The notes below the pieces were generated by a model. It searched no databases. It worked only from the letters and a program-made list of their open reading frames with translations, and was not told the DNA's origin. DNA of 64,000 nucleotides, from positions 40,888,911 to 40,952,910 of the forward strand of contig NC_068994.1 of the NCBI RefSeq assembly GCF_001194135.2, written 5' to 3'. Source of the stretch: Octopus bimaculoides (taxonomy: Eukaryota). The position numbers and the translations under genes were made by a program. Below, in pieces: positions 37,671 to 50,459 of the stretch; the first letter of the stretch is position 1; each line of letters starts with the position of its first letter.

Positions 37671-38705
37671 TGTGTATACACACACACACACACATACATA
37701 CATACAATTTTTACAAGTATGTCTACATACACACACACACACACACGCATGCATCCTATACATATATATATGTATATGTGTGTGTTTATGTGTCAAAATG
37801 GATGGATAAATGTATTGAATCACATGTAATCAATGAACCATTGATTAAGAGGTTTTCGAACATTCTGTTAGGGTAAGGTTTGTGGGACAGGATAATGAAA
37901 GTGGGATAAAGGAAGAATGGGACAGAAATCATGTGAACATGCGTGAGACATACTAAAGATAGGTGGGATAGTTAACAAAAGAAATGTGTAACAGGTGAGA
38001 GGAAGGCAGCTTGAATGGGAAAGATGGAGTTGGGATGAACTGTTGTGGACAAGATGAAAGAAAGATAGATAAAGTGTATAAAGGGAAGAAATGAGAGTGA
38101 TCAATGACAGAAAGTTCAAGACACAAAGGTGAAATGGTAAATGAGTGAAATGACCATGGGGATGCGAAAAGGGAGAAAGAAGAACAAATATGAGAAAGAT
38201 AAGATAGTGTGAGATAGAGAAAGAGAAAGAGAGAGGGAGAGAGAGAGAAGAGGAGAAAGAGAAAGATAAACAAGTTACAGACAGACGGAGAGATATACCA
38301 AAGTATAAATGAAATAAAACTGGAGGTAAATTAAGAGTAAGAGACAGACAGAGCAAGACAGAGAGAAAGAGAGAGAAAGAAAGAGGGAGAAAGAGAATGA
38401 GAGAGGATGACGAAAAGAGTGATTAAATGATGAGGAGTGAAAAGTATAGCTGCCCCCACCCCTATACTGACTGTCAAAAAAAAAATTAAGAGGAAAAAGA
38501 GAGAATAACAATCATATAAGAAAAAAAAAAAAAACCAGATCAAAGATTGTAAGTATTCATTCAAGGAAAAAAAATCAAGTAAAATAGCATCTTCAATTAA
38601 ATGTCATTCATAAAATACATCATATATACATACATATATATATATATATACTTATATACATACATATATGTATATGCCTGTTTGTATAATTGTATACACA
38701 CAAAT

Positions 38706-38776
<71 letters not shown>

Positions 38777-38886
38777 AATATACACATACATACATATATA
38801 TATATACATGCATGTATGTATGTATATTTGCATATATCTGTGTCTACATCTAACTGCATACATGTCTATACACACATATGTATGAA

Positions 38887-38923
<37 letters not shown>

Positions 38924-38968
38924 GTATATATATGAATGTATGTATATATATAAATATATACACATGTG

Positions 38969-39108
<140 letters not shown>

Positions 39109-39131
39109 GATGTATGTATATGTATATATAA

Positions 39132-39167
<36 letters not shown>

Positions 39168-40028
39168 ATGTATGCATGTATACTTATAGTATAAATATAC
39201 ACCCATGCCCACAGGTACATACACACATTTCACACACCCCATATCCATACATACATATACATGCTCGTGTGTACTTAAACTTCATAGAACAAAACACAAA
39301 CAGAATTTTGCCGGAAAACATGCGTGTTCTTTACAAAATACCAATAAACATAATAGTTTAAATTTTCCAGACTACTGACTTCACCGTTCCTGAGTCTTCA
39401 TATATGCTTTAAACTATATTTGGGAATGTTTCAATAAAGAAATATTTTCAGCTGACCTATTCTCTCAAATATATATATTACACATAGCCCCAAGCTGAGT
39501 TTGAACTTCAAATCATTTTTCTCTAATGCAGTGTTTAAATCGTATAAACTGCAATGCAAAAAGTTTGGAAATGTTGTATTATCATCATAACTGTCATAAA
39601 CAACTTCTGTAAAATTATCATTTAGATGTGTTATAACATAAAAATCAGGTAGAAAATCTCAGGTGTGAAAATACAATGCTTCTATAGTGAATTTTTGATA
39701 AGTTTCTAAGTAAGGCAATAAAATCATGTTTTCCTTAATGAGAAAGCATACCTGCAAAACTTTTAAGTATATAGTCTGTGCATGCTTGTGTGTATAAAAG
39801 GATATAGATAGATAAATAGATAGATAGATAGACAGATAGATAGATGAACAGACAGACAGATAGGAAAGCAGCCAGCCAGACAGACATATAGCTAGCTAGA
39901 TAGATAGACAAATATATAATGTATAGCTTTGAAGAAATTTTGATTAATTATTGTGCACCTGAACATATGTCTTCATGCACATATTCTAACACATATATGC
40001 ACATACACAGGCGCACACATGCGCACAC

Positions 40029-40114
<86 letters not shown>

Positions 40115-41439
40115 TAACTAATATGTGTTGCTCATTTTCTTTTTGCATACTTTTTGTGTTTTCTGATTGTGTAAATTATTTTACATAGTCCTGTAAGTGC
40201 AAAGAAAAGAAGGAAAAACTCTGAAGTAAAAATAAGATATATCTACATATACATACAAATATGTGTTTGTGTATGTGCATGTATGTGTTTTGAAAATGTA
40301 AATAAAATTTCGTGAAAGGAAATAAAATATTTGCAATACTTACCACATGGAAAGATCCATAAAATTGAAGACAATCCGTTGACTACAGATTATAAGTACC
40401 GGACAAATATAGCCACGAGTGGCCAAAGTGCCAAAATTTGTACTGTGTGGAAAAAAATCAATCAAGTGAGAGAGAAAGAGGAGGAGAGAGAAAGAGAGAA
40501 AGAGGGAGAGAGAGAGAGAGAGAGGGAGAGAGAGAGAGAGAGAGAGATATAGAGAGAGAGATAGAGAGTAAGAGATAAAGAAGAGTGAGTCAAATCAAAG
40601 CCTGGTTGATTAAGTTATTTATTTTTGTTGTTGGAGAGATTTAAAAATAAAGCAAATGAAAACAAAAGATAAGAAAAGTGCTGCTAATGAAGTGAAAGTT
40701 GTCTGTGGAAGTGATTGGTAGTAGTAATAGTGATGGAGTTAAAAAAACAAAGTTAAGTAATTCTTGAACAGGTAATAACTGAGAGCGTTGTCACCAACTC
40801 CTTTGCAATTTCCAAACTGTGTGAAGTAAGTGTTTTTACATCCCCCGAAAACTGTGAAGTGTCACACTCAAAGAAGTGAGTGATTCTCTTTTCCTCGCAA
40901 CTTCCGTGAGAAAGCAAGCAAGCACGCACACAACAAACAACAACAGCAAACATTCGGTTTTAAGATTTGTAAAGGTGGTGGTGGTGGTGGTGGTGGTTGC
41001 TGTGTTGATAGTTGTTACGGTGGTGGCGATAGTGGTGGTAGTGGTGGTAGAGGTGGTGATGTTGGTGGTGGTGGTGGCGGTGGTAGCAATGGTAGAGGTG
41101 GTGATGTTGGTGGTGGTGGTGGTGGTGGTGGTGGTAGCAAAGGTATTGTGAATGTTGTCACTTGTGAGAGGAAGAAGAAAAGGAGATTGAAGAGAAAGTG
41201 AAAGTTAAAGAGAAGTGAGTTAATGGGGAAAGAGAAGCAGAAAGATAGTGAGAGAGGAAAGCAGAAAACTAGAAAGAGAGAGAGAGAGAGTAGGGTGAGA
41301 GAGAGAAAGAGAGAAAATAAAGTATTAGATAGAATGAAAGTGAGCGAAAGAGAGATAAATAAGTAGTGGATAGAGAGGAGAGAGAAAGAGTGAGAGAGAG
41401 AGAAAGAGAGAGAGAAAGGGAAAGAGAAAAAAGTGGAGC

Positions 41440-41795
41440 TGTTTTGATGTGTGTTTTCAGAGAAGATGTGTATTCTAGTGTTTGAGCCGTTGCCTTACTG
41501 CTGCAGTTATACGGCAGCAGTGTTGTGTCGTTCGCTTCTGCGATGCCAAGTCAATAAGAGAGAGAAAGAAAAGTGGACTCTACTTTGCTACCAACTACCG
41601 TTTGTTTGGAATGTGTGCTGGAACTGAGAAAAAGCTGATTAATTGTCACATGGAAGGAGAACAGAAACTCTACATCTGATTTCGACTGCATTTGTCTAAA
41701 TTAGAGAAAAACCAAAAATGTAAACTTCCTCACGTACTAGCAGACATAGATATAAAGCATACAAACATACAAATGTTCTGATAATTAAATTTAAG
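41440..41795 (+). mobile_element. Unclassified interspersed repeat, copy 2 (partner of 1100-1450)
   Basis: Roughly 90% identical to 1100-1450 and also preceded by a GA-rich tract (41160-41436). Confidence 0.8.
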
Positions 41796-41865
41796 AGAAT
41801 TTTTGTTGTTTTGTAACTAGATTTCAGTAGGGACATTTCAGTAGAAGTTTGGTGTAACAGATATC

Positions 41866-41909
<44 letters not shown>

Positions 41910-41940
41910 CAATAATAATAATAATAATAATAATAATAAT

Positions 41941-42812
41941 TTCATTTATTTGCCATGAGTGCAAAGGATGTGGGGGACAATAAAAAGACAGACATAAAGT
42001 GTAGGGGTTTACATATAATGATAAAAAAAAAATTTTAAATGAAAGAACAAAAATTTAAGTATACAGTGTGCACTGAAAAAGAAAGGACATATGCATAGCA
42101 TATAAAGGTTTAAAAAAAAGTGGCAAGGAGGATGATAGAAATGTGGTCCTCCTGATACAGGAAGGCCCCTACGGATAATTGAGGCACTCCACTTCTCTGA
42201 AATTTCCCTGAAACCCCAGGAGCAAGTGCCTTCTCTAATTCCTTCTCTCCAATTCACAAGTCTACACTTAGAGAGGTTGCCATTTTCCACTCTTGCCCTT
42301 TTCGCAACTTTCACCCACCTTTCTAAAAAATCACTCAAAGACAGCACTTCCCTCTCCACTCCCAATTTCCTTTTCAAGTGAAACTCAAAGAAGTCAATGA
42401 GAACTCCACCAAAGAGGAATGTATCAGTCCTCATGCCTTTCAGCCTTGTCCACCAAACAACCTCTTACACCACAGCCACCAGGCAAAGGAAAACTGCCTT
42501 GCCTGCCTGATTGAAGGAGGGTGGTAGTGCACTCATCACTACAAACTCAGCTGACAGATGGGTCCGTCCCATACATGACAGCAGCTGTTCGACATAACTC
42601 TGTAAGTCAGCAATGCCTGGACACTGAATGATGGTCTGCTGAATGTTTTCGTCACTCTGATGCACCTTGGACAAGCCCATCTGACAGCAAATCCAGACTT
42701 GTAGAGTTTATCTAAAACTGGTAATACCCCTGCCACCAGGTAGCACTGCCAAGTCAAGGACATCTGGAAATTATTCGTGATAATTCCCATCGGAAAGTCC
42801 TCCTGAACAGCT
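41941..42812 (-). mobile_element. 5'-truncated Tx1/L1-clade LINE (ORF2 C-terminus, 3' UTR and (ATT)n tail)
   Basis: Frameshifted minus-strand ORFs: FQMSLTWQCY...LPVLDKLY...ACPRC / SDENIQQTIIQCPGIADL (degenerate CCHC knuckle), GKAVFLCLVAVV and FFEFHLKRKLGVEREVLS..FLERWVKVAK. Ends gcaaataaatgaa followed by (ATT)n. Confidence 0.72.
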
Positions 42813-42841
42813 TAATAATAATAATAATAATAATAATAATG

Positions 42842-42888
<47 letters not shown>

Positions 42889-42968
42889 NNNNNNNNNNAA
42901 GAAGAAGAAGAAGAAGAAGAAGAAGAAAAAGAAGAAAAAGGAGAAGAAGGAGAAGAAGAAGAATAGTA

Positions 42969-43876
42969 ATCCTTTCTACCATAGGCACAAGGCCTAAGAT
43001 TGGGGCAGGGGACTAGTCGATCACATTAACCCCAGTGTTCAACTGGTACTAACTTTATCGACCCCAAATAGATGAAAGACAAAGTTATAATAATAATAAT
43101 AATAATATTGTCATTGTTCAAAGGACCAATAAATAAGTTACTTTCGAGTTGCGCTTTCTGTTATTGAGTTGGCCGTAGTGATGGATTACGTCAGCTATGT
43201 TTACCTTAGTGATGGAATTTGGCAATCGTATACAAAAGTTAAGAACTCATCTTTCTATATATTACATTTCTGCTGAGTTTATCAGTCCTCTCTATAAACT
43301 AATAACAATAATAATAATAATAATAATAATGATAGTAATCATATTTTCTACCATAGGCACAAGGCCTTTAGTTTTAGTGGAGGTGGATTGTTGTTTACAT
43401 CAACCCCACTGCACAACTGGTGCTTATTTTATCTACCCTGATAGAATGAAAGGCAAAGTCAATCTCAACAGCTTTGAAACTCAGAATGTAAAGCTGGAAG
43501 AAATGTTGTTAAGCATTTTGTTTAAAATGTTAATGATTCTACCATCTGACCATCTTAATAATAATAATAATAATAATAAAAATAATAATAATAATAATAG
43601 CAAAAAATCATGTTAACTGGAACAACTCATGTATTAAGAAGAGCATTATCATTGTGAAAACAAGATCCATTCATGAATTTATTTATTCATTAATTTTTTT
43701 AAAATACATATTTTACCTGTGAATTTGCGTGTGTAAACTGGGAATGCATACAATGAGCTTCTCTGCCCTAGGTGTACAGAAAACTCTCGGCGAGAAATGG
43801 AAGAAAATTTGAAGAAAGAAGAAAAAAAACAACAATAATAATAATAATGATAATAATGATGATGATGATGATGATG

Positions 43877-43928
<52 letters not shown>

Positions 43929-44381
43929 TAATAATAATGAGAATAAAAATCCCTTCTACTACAGGCACAAGGCCTGAAATTTTGTTGGTGAGGGGTAAGT
44001 TAATTACACCAACACCAATGCACAACTGGTACTTATTTTACTAATCCAGAGAGGATGAAAGGAAAAGCAGAATTTAAACTCAGGATGTAAAGAGGAAGGA
44101 AATACTGCTAAGCATATTGTCTGGTACACTGAAAATTCTGCTAGCTCACCACCTTAAATGATAATAATAGTTAATCCTTTCTACTAAAGGCCTGGAATCT
44201 TGGAGCGAGGTGACTAGTTGATTACATTGACCCCAGTACTTAACTGGTACTTAATTTATTGACCCAGAAAGTATGAAAAGCAAAGTTGACCACAACCGAA
44301 TTTGAACTCAGAACGTAGCGACAGGTGAAATATTGCTATGTATTTTGGTTAGTATGCTTATGACTCTGCCAGCTCACCACC

Positions 44382-44383
<2 letters not shown>
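42969..44383 (-). mobile_element. Four co-oriented SINE family A copies separated by (TAA)n
   Basis: Copies at ~42969-43086, 43345-43557, 43945-44155 and 44172-44383. Each starts on the + strand with cctttctac(t/c)a..ggcacaaggcct, the reverse-complemented tail. Confidence 0.8.
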
Positions 44384-44442
<59 letters not shown>

Positions 44443-44680
44443 GGTGCCTTAGGTATAATAAAAAAATATTCAGACAAATACATAACAAAAACACCAGGAC
44501 TTACAAATAAATATAACATACAGAAAATTGCACTACTGGGTACTGCACACATTCTACGAAAAACACTTTCAATACAGTAAACATAAGAGCACCACAGCAA
44601 ACCACAGCACATACCCAAGGCGCACAGAGCTGCGCTCGGTAGTGAAGTGAAAGCACATTATAAAAATAAAACTACTGAAT
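44443..44680 (+). mobile_element. Short 3' end of a Dong/R4-clade LINE within (TAA)n
   Basis: Open frame 44443-44580 GALGIIKKYSDKYITKTPGLTNKYNIQKIALLGTAHILRKTLSIQ* is the typical R4/Dong C-terminus (GALG...QK.ALLGTAHILR). TAA repeats on both sides. Confidence 0.88.
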
Positions 44681-44709
44681 AATAATAATAATAATTAACT
44701 TAGGCACAG

Positions 44710-45235
44710 AATCATACAGTGGCTCTAATGGCTTCTGATCTTAACTGACTGGAAGTGTTATCATGTACATTGTTTTGTCTTGGTATAAAAGATGGGCTAC
44801 AGCAAATATTCTGCTCAATACCACAGATTTGCTTGTCAGCTGTTTGACCTTGACCAGTTGAGCATATCCTTTGGTGGCTGATGATATAAGTGTTTCTGAT
44901 CATGAGCAGAAGTAGTGGGGGAGCATCATAACCATGTGTTGAGAGGAATTCTTTGGGGTTTGGATAATTCACTTCAATGTCCTTGAACAACCCTTATTCA
45001 GAGACCATTTGAGCAGGATGAACTACTTAACCTGAAGAAAATTCTAACTGGGTCTCACCTGCAAGGTTTATGTGCTGTTTATCTTGATATGAGATCACCA
45101 TGTCACGCACATATGGTTGTGATGTATGTGCCTAGTGTGCACTTATCAGATGGGTAGTTATGATGGACATACTGGGCTTCATATATTTTACCTCAGCATC
45201 ACTTTAATGGCATGTGCTGCTCTCTCAATAATAAT
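44710..45235 (+). mobile_element. Interspersed repeat family E (partial minus-strand copy at 60220-60560)
   Basis: gctcaataccacagatttgctt...tctgatcatgagcagaagtagtgggggagcatcata is the reverse complement of ~60400-60535. Confidence 0.7.
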
Positions 45236-45859
45236 ATCAATAATTCTTTCTTCCGTAGGCAAGGGTCTGAAATTTTGCAAGGAGAGGCTAGTTTACAAGT
45301 TTTCAAATTGAAATCAATTCGAAGGAAAGATAAAGTTTTGAATCAGCCCTACTTCTTGATAAGTAATTTATTTTATTGACTTCTGATGGATGAAAGGCAA
45401 AGCTGGTTACAAGCAGGATTTGAACCCAGTATGTAAAGAACTATAACTTAACTATCACATAATATTCTCTACTTGTTATGTCAATTTTCTCCCTTTAGTT
45501 ACAAGACTGTGCATTTTAGAGGAAAGAATATGCTTGATTAATTCAATTTTAGAGTGTGACTGGTACTTCAGACAGCAAAAAAAAAAAAAAAAGCAATTCA
45601 AAGTTAACCTATGTTGGGATTAGAAATCCAAACGTATAGAAAAATAACTAAACACCACATGGCATTTGGACTATACTATTTCAGTAATTCCATCTCATAA
45701 TAATAACAATAACAATATCAATAATAATAATGATGATAATCATAGTAGTAGTAGTAGCAGCAGCAGCAGCAGCAGCAACTGCAGCAGCAGCAGTAGTAGT
45801 AGTAGTAGTAGCAGTAGCAGCAGTATTAAGGGATTAGTGCACAAGAGCAACATTTAAAC

Positions 45860-47296
45860 AGGAAAAACTCATTTCTGCATCGTCCATTATGCTAAATGAC
45901 AACACTATTATCAAAGAATTAGACCAAGATGGAGCATACGAATATCTGGGAATAAATTATGGGAAAGGGATCCAACACAGTGCCATGAAGGAAAAAATCA
46001 GGAAAGAATATTATAGGAGAATAAGACTGATTATGAAAACAGAACTGAATTCCCAGAATAGAATTCAAGCCAATTCACTTGCTGTCCGAGTACAGAATAG
46101 TTATAATATAATTAACTGGAATATAAAATTAACTGGAATAGAAAACTAATGACAGCAAACAGGATGTATCATCCAAAAGCTGATGTTCATAGAATCTATG
46201 TTCCCTGAAAAGAGGGTGGTAGAGGTCTTATATCCAGCTAGAATTATCCTACAAGACCACCACAATAGGAGTTAATTCATACATCCAGAATAACTACAAC
46301 TGGATGATGCAGCTAGCAAATCAAGGGAACAAAAAGCTCCATTTTGTCATTAAAGAGGCACAGAAGTATAAAAGGGAAACTAAACTTAGATGTAAATGAT
46401 AATGCCAAAGCTGTAATAGCAACTGAAGCAGCAAAACACAACAAACAAAAAGCTAAAAGAGAAGGCCTGAAAAAGCTTATAAACAAATGGCAAGAGAAAC
46501 CACTCCATGGTCAATATCCCAAATAAACAAAAGAAGCAGATAGAGATAAAGAAATAACGCATCAGTGATTGTGCAGTTCAGGTTGAAAGGCAGAAACTGA
46601 AGGTTTTTATAATGGCATCTCAGTATCAATCTCTACTCACAGCAAACTACTGAGAAAACGTTGTCCACAATGGTGCTGACCCAAACTGTAGATAATGTGA
46701 TAATAGTGTTGAAATCATTGACCACATTGTAGCTGGCTGCTCTAAAGTTGCAATAATCAAGTACAAGCCCAGATATGACCAAATAAGGCAGCACCTACAT
46801 TGGAACATCCGTTATCATTGACATTCCTCTTCCTAAAACACCACCTGAGACCTGCCACAAAAGATAATAGAGTTACTATTCTCTGGGACATTACCATCCA
46901 TACTGACAGACAGATAATGCCAATAGACCTGATGATATTGTCAAAGACCACCAAAATGCCTGTTATCTAATAAATATGACAGTACTAGCTGATGGAAATA
47001 TCTTAGTCAAAGAAGTCAAAAAGTTAGCTAAATATAAAGATCTTGAGATAGAAATCAGCAGAATATGGAAACTTAAAACAGCTACTCTGTAGAAACACAA
47101 GGCATGGTTACAAAAAGGATTTTCAATCTCCACTGATAAAATACCTAGAAAATCAAATATACACAATGTTCTAAAGATTTCACCAACCACAACAGCCCAT
47201 ATCTTGAAAGAATTCCTATCATTTTAACATAATCACTTGCTACAGGGAGAAATCTGGCTAGCAACTAACATACCCTGAAATCAAGCTGAAATGTAA

Positions 47297-47297
<1 letters not shown>
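45860..47297 (+). mobile_element. 5'-truncated Dong/R4-clade LINE (end of RT, CCHC knuckle, RLE nuclease) with (TAA)n tail
   Basis: IKELDQDGAYEYLGIN...KEKIRKEYYRRIRL..KTELN; MYHPKADV..Y...EGGRGL; KWQEKPLHGQY; CR*CDNSVEIIDHIVAGC (46687-46740); ILWDITIHTDR...NRPD; KEVKKLAKYKDLEIEISRIWKLKT. Multiple stops and frameshifts. Confidence 0.92.
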
Positions 47298-47355
<58 letters not shown>

Positions 47356-47359
<4 letters not shown>

Positions 47360-47997
47360 CCTTTTTACTATTGGTACAAGGCTTGAAATTTGGGGGAGGG
47401 GGCTAGCCAATTACATCGACCCCAGTACTCAGTTGGAACTATTTTATCGACCCCAAAAGGATGAAAGGCAAAGTCAACCTCACCAGAATTTGAACTCAAA
47501 ACATGAAAATGGACAAAATACCACTTAGCATTTTACCCAGCAGGCTAATGATTCTACCAGCTCAACATCTTGATGATAATAATCCTTTCTACTATAGATA
47601 CAAGGTGTGAAATCTTGGGGGAGGGTGTAAGTCGATTATATTGACTCCAGTGTTCAACTAGTACTTATTTCATCAACCTGAAAAAGGATGAAGTGCAAAG
47701 TCAACCTTGGCAGAATTTGACCCCAAAATGTGGAGATGAACAAAATGCCACTAAGCAGTTTGCCCGATATGCTAAAAATTTTGTCAGCTTGCCAGACATA
47801 AGGTCTGAAATGTTTGGGAAATGAACACAAGACGAGTAATTTTATGGGAAGGGGAAGTCAATCACATTGACCACAGTGCTCCCACTGGTTCTTATTTTAC
47901 TGACCCCAAAAGGATGAAAGGCAAAGTAGGATTTGAGCTCAGACTGTAAAGAACTAGAAGAGATGTCCCTAAGCATTTTGTCCAGTTCAGTGATGAT
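47356..47997 (-). mobile_element. Three tandem co-oriented SINE family A copies
   Basis: Copies at ~47356-47572, 47580-47797 and 47798-47997, each with ccccaaaaggatgaaaggcaaagt or a variant. Confidence 0.8.
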
Positions 47998-48011
47998 TAA
48001 TAATAATAATA

Positions 48012-48335
48012 ATAATCATGTCTTTATTTGCCACAAGGGTCAAACACAAAAACAAATAAGGACAATACAAAACAAGAGACATGTGGGGTTTAACACAAAA
48101 ATCAAGTAAACAATAAAATAACAAGGACAGTTAACAAGAAAATTCTAACAACTGAAATCACCAGGGTTGCTTTCCTGTCATTTTCACCCAGGGTGGAGAA
48201 TAAGGGATCCTTCTTCTGCCGGTGAGTTCTTTTTTTATTAAAAGTCTCCCTATGACAATGATTTCACTTGGTTTGTTGTGTTTTCTCAAGCGCAGTAAAT
48301 CACCAAAGGTCTTGATCTCTTTTCATCTCTTCTGC
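48012..48335 (-). mobile_element. Probable Tx1-like LINE 3' end
   Basis: Terminal motif tctttatttgccacaaggg next to (TAA)n resembles the 41941 end (catttatttgccatgag). No clean ORF. Confidence 0.4.
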
Positions 48336-48339
48336 GGCA

Positions 48340-48620
48340 CTCAACATCTGAAAATCATGCTTCACCACCTCATCCTATGTTTCCTGCTTCTGCCTCTTCC
48401 ACATGTTCCCTCCACAAAGATCAGCACTTCTTCATGCAGCTGTCCTCATCCATATGCACCACATGACCGTACCAGTGCAGTCTTCTCTCTTGCACACCAC
48501 ATCTGATGCCTTTTATGCCCAATTTTTCTTTGATGACGTTTATACTCCGTTGCATGTGCACACTGACATTACATATCGAGCAAAGCATGTTAGCTCCATT
48601 TCTTTCAAGGACATAACTAC
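48340..48620 (-). mobile_element. RTE-clade LINE ORF C-terminal fragment
   Basis: LERNGANMLCSICNVSV...KEKLGIKGIRCGVQERRLHWYGHVVHMDEDSCMKKC, then EGTCGRGRSRK: the RTE RLRWYGHV..M / GRGRP signature. Confidence 0.88.
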
Positions 48621-50459
48621 AAGAAAGAATTCCTAAAATAGGTGGGAGGTAGCTACTTATAGCAAAATAGGGCACCAACAAAATACCCCAGTTTAACCCT
48701 TACACATCAATGTCGGATGTCTTCTTGAAGTTCTTGCTGAAGAATAACCCCGTAAAAAAAAAAAAAAAAAAAAGAAGACAAGAATAGAGGCCTCTGTTTG
48801 GTGGATCAGACTGCTAGAAAGAACAACTAAGTCTCTCTCAACATTTTAGAAAAGAACACATTGGAGAATGCAATCCTATATTCTACATACAGAATTAGAA
48901 TGGGTTTGGCAAGAACGTCTTTGATTTTGGGTCTGCTCAGTCATTATCAGAGCTGGCCTCAAGCTCAGTAACAATAAAACTGCCACAGGAACAAGGCCAC
49001 AAATTTATGGGAGAGGTTAGTCAGTTGTATCAATTCCAGTATTTGAATGGTACTTTTTTTTTACCAACTGTGGAAGGATGAAATGCAAAGTTGGCCTTCA
49101 CAGGATTTGAACTCAGAATGATAAAGATAATAAAATTTTCTGTTATGAACCAATGAACAAACCACATATCCACACACTCTGTAAAATATTGCAGCCAAAT
49201 ATCCCTTAGAACTAACCCTTCTCTCTTTAAAATAAAAACGAAGGGCATATAAGATGATATAGTAGTCTTAAATTCACAAAACTCGAGAAAAAAAAGAAAA
49301 TATGGAACAGTCAGGTTAGAATGTGCATTAATCCCTCATGTTTGTTTAATCAGGGCATACTTGGGGCTACACAACAACAGCTAGGAGAATTATAAAAAAT
49401 TCATCAATTTGATAATAAAAATATTTTCCTTCGTGGATGTGTCTGAGTGTGTATGTGTGTGTATGTGTGTATATGTATTTGTATCTGTGTATGTTCTGTG
49501 CGTGCCTCATTTGTCCATTTTGTTTTGGAAAATATCAGTTTGATGAGAAATAACGGGTGAAAAAAACTGATATTTATTCAGTTCACCAATCAAGTGGTCA
49601 CATTGCTGGCTAGAGAAATTAATTTTCAAAAGTGGAACTTTTTATTTGAAAAATTAATCATTAGCTTTTATGGCAAGTTACAATTGATTTCTTTATTAAT
49701 ATCATCATGCTCATCACAATCATCATCGTCATCATCATGATAATTATTATCATTATTATTATTGTTATTGTTATATGGTTGTTGTTGTTATAAATATTAT
49801 TAATAAATCAATTGCTTGTTTTTTTGCTCTTTTATTAAGCATTCCCCTTCACTGTATCAATTTTATAAAGTTATCATTAAGTTGGCAAATTGTTTGCTCG
49901 ACGCTTTTGTCATCAGTGTTTTTTTTTCTTTTTCTTTTTTTTTTGCTGAGGCGGGGGGTGCGGATGATGAGTGGGAAGGCAGCATCAGGGATAGGAATGA
50001 AGGTGAGTGCAGAGGTGAGGTGCAGAAACAGTGATAGTGAGAATGCGATGCGTGAGAAAGGAGAGAGCAGGGAATGTAGTGGTGCATGTGCATGTTTTGT
50101 GTGTTTTTTAAAAATAAATTTTTTTCTTTTCAGTATTACAAAATTTATTTATTTATTTTTAATTCTTTTTCTTTAATGTGTGTTTTTTTTTTTGAATTTT
50201 TAAAAAAACACTATTTTTTTTCAAAATGCATTTATTTATTTTTTTTTGTAAAAAATGTATTTATGTTCATTACTTCCTCCTCCCCTTCCTCCTCTTGTAC
50301 ACCTTCCCTCTACCCCCACCTCCACCCTCACCGCCTGTTAAAATTGTCAACTAATTAAAGAACTAGTGATGTACTTTAATATAACTAATTGGTACCTGGA
50401 ATCAATTATATTCACTGTAATTAAATTAAGTGAGACTACTTTTATCTATCAGTTTATTC

